Source: Saccostrea echinata
Taxonomy: Eukaryota
Direction: 5' to 3'
Assembly: GCF_033153115.1 (NCBI RefSeq)
Contig: NW_026889751.1
Span: 8,618,001-8,682,000, forward strand
DNA length: 64,000 nucleotides
Both the position numbers and the translations under genes were made by a program. Every line of letters begins with the position of its first letter. Position 1 is the first letter of the stretch. The notes under the pieces were generated by a model, which worked only from the letters and a program-made list of their open reading frames with translations, ran no database searches and was not told where the DNA came from. Below are positions 63,201 to 64,000 of this stretch, piece by piece.

Positions 63201-64000
63201 TTACAATACGATGGAAACAGTTTTTGAAAAAATATGACCAAAATCTATAAACCAAAACAAACTAACAAAAAAAAAATCATTTAAAAAAACAACAGCATAA
63301 AAAGTTCCCATTTTTCATGTGCTAATGAAACTTACATACCGATACTTGTACATGAATTTAGTTGGTAATCTTGACAACTCCTCTTTATTTGCAAATTGAT
63401 ACATTTGTGGGGGAAAAAGTTGACAATATGTTGAGGAACTTGTCAAGATGAAATAATGGATTTTGGATATTGATGACCATGATCCAAATCCCATCTCTCT
63501 GTCCAATTCTCTTTCAGCTTCTTGTGTATGCCGAGCTTCTGGAGACCCACACTATTCTACATATGACGGTCAGAAAATCCACTTCATGGGCACTTGCAAG
63601 TACACGCTGACAAGAACATTGGGAAAGCAACCCTGTGCCTTTAACATCATGGTGTACAACGAAAGACGAAACAACAAGAAATCAGTGTCCTATACCAAAC
63701 AAGTGGATGTGGAAATTGGCAACAACAGAGTTTCACTATTCAAAGGCAAGATATCCCAGGTAGGAACCTTCATGCACATCATTCTTCTTGTGAGTGGTGT
63801 TGCCATGGCCAAATACTAGTATGCGATGAAAACATGTATGATACATGGGTACTTTTTTGTTGGAGGGATTGTCTGATGACAAATGGAACTTGATTGTACC
63901 TGTTGGATTTGTAGGTCAATGAAAGAAATGTAAACATCACACAAATGCCCTTTGAAAAAGATGGCATTTTGTTGACGACTGTAGGGCGCCGTTTCGTCAA
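51202..64000 (+). CDS. Secreted zonadhesin/FCGBP-like multi-repeat VWD-C8-TIL protein with lectin-like and EGF-like modules (3' end beyond the window)
   Basis: TATATAAG at ~51162. Signal-peptide exon 51202-51277 (MERRHFLPYVLGIIVLGLLEFSISA). Cassette 1 exons: 51989-52258, 52399-52515, 52846-53087 (ASGDPHYSTYDG), 53243-53568 (GICGDCNG), 53674-53987 (C8-like), 54129-54340 (TIL), 54601-54748 (TILa-like), 55092-55154 (Pro-rich). Cassettes 2, 3 and 4 start at 55548, 59109 and 62665. Intron phases are compatible throughout, but cassette 3 has a 7-bp deletion. Confidence 0.85.
52841..64000 (+). repeat. Near-identical ~3.56-kb tandem repeat (3 full periods plus the start of a fourth)
   Basis: The GDPH exon starts at 52846, 56401, 59962 and 63518 (periods 3555, 3561, 3556). 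The ORF track shows identical peptides, and introns are also near-identical. Confidence 0.98.

Noticed and set aside
55548-64000. Treating each cassette as a separate tandem gene
   Set aside because: No signal-peptide exon, promoter or stop exon is visible between cassettes, and the Pro-rich exon splices in phase to the next cassette. The N gaps remain unseen.

Overview
AT-rich, intron-rich animal genomic DNA. The repeat types suggest a bivalve, probably an oyster (inference). From left to right: (1) a cluster of four 4-exon NPC2/ML-domain sterol-binding genes, three on + and one on -, two of which have lost the loop disulfide; (2) syntaxin-5 (-), head-to-head with (3) a 31-exon cobalamin-dependent methionine synthase (MTR, +); and (4) from 51.2 kb to the window end, a secreted, very basic VWD-type gene. 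Gene 4 is built from a ~3.56-kb, 8-exon cassette (DUF3011/ADEL-lectin-like + 5-Cys EGF with a polybasic loop + GDPH-VWD + C8 + TIL + TILa + Pro-rich linker). The cassette is repeated at least four times, almost identically, introns included. Introns and intergenic DNA hold many non-autonomous transposons: Helentron/HINE-like, Kolobok-like TTAA elements, hAT-like elements with 8-bp or 5-bp TSDs, TA-flanked MITEs, a CR1/L2-type LINE fragment and tRNA-derived sequences. Exon boundaries were read by eye from GT-AG sites and frame continuity; no database searches were run.
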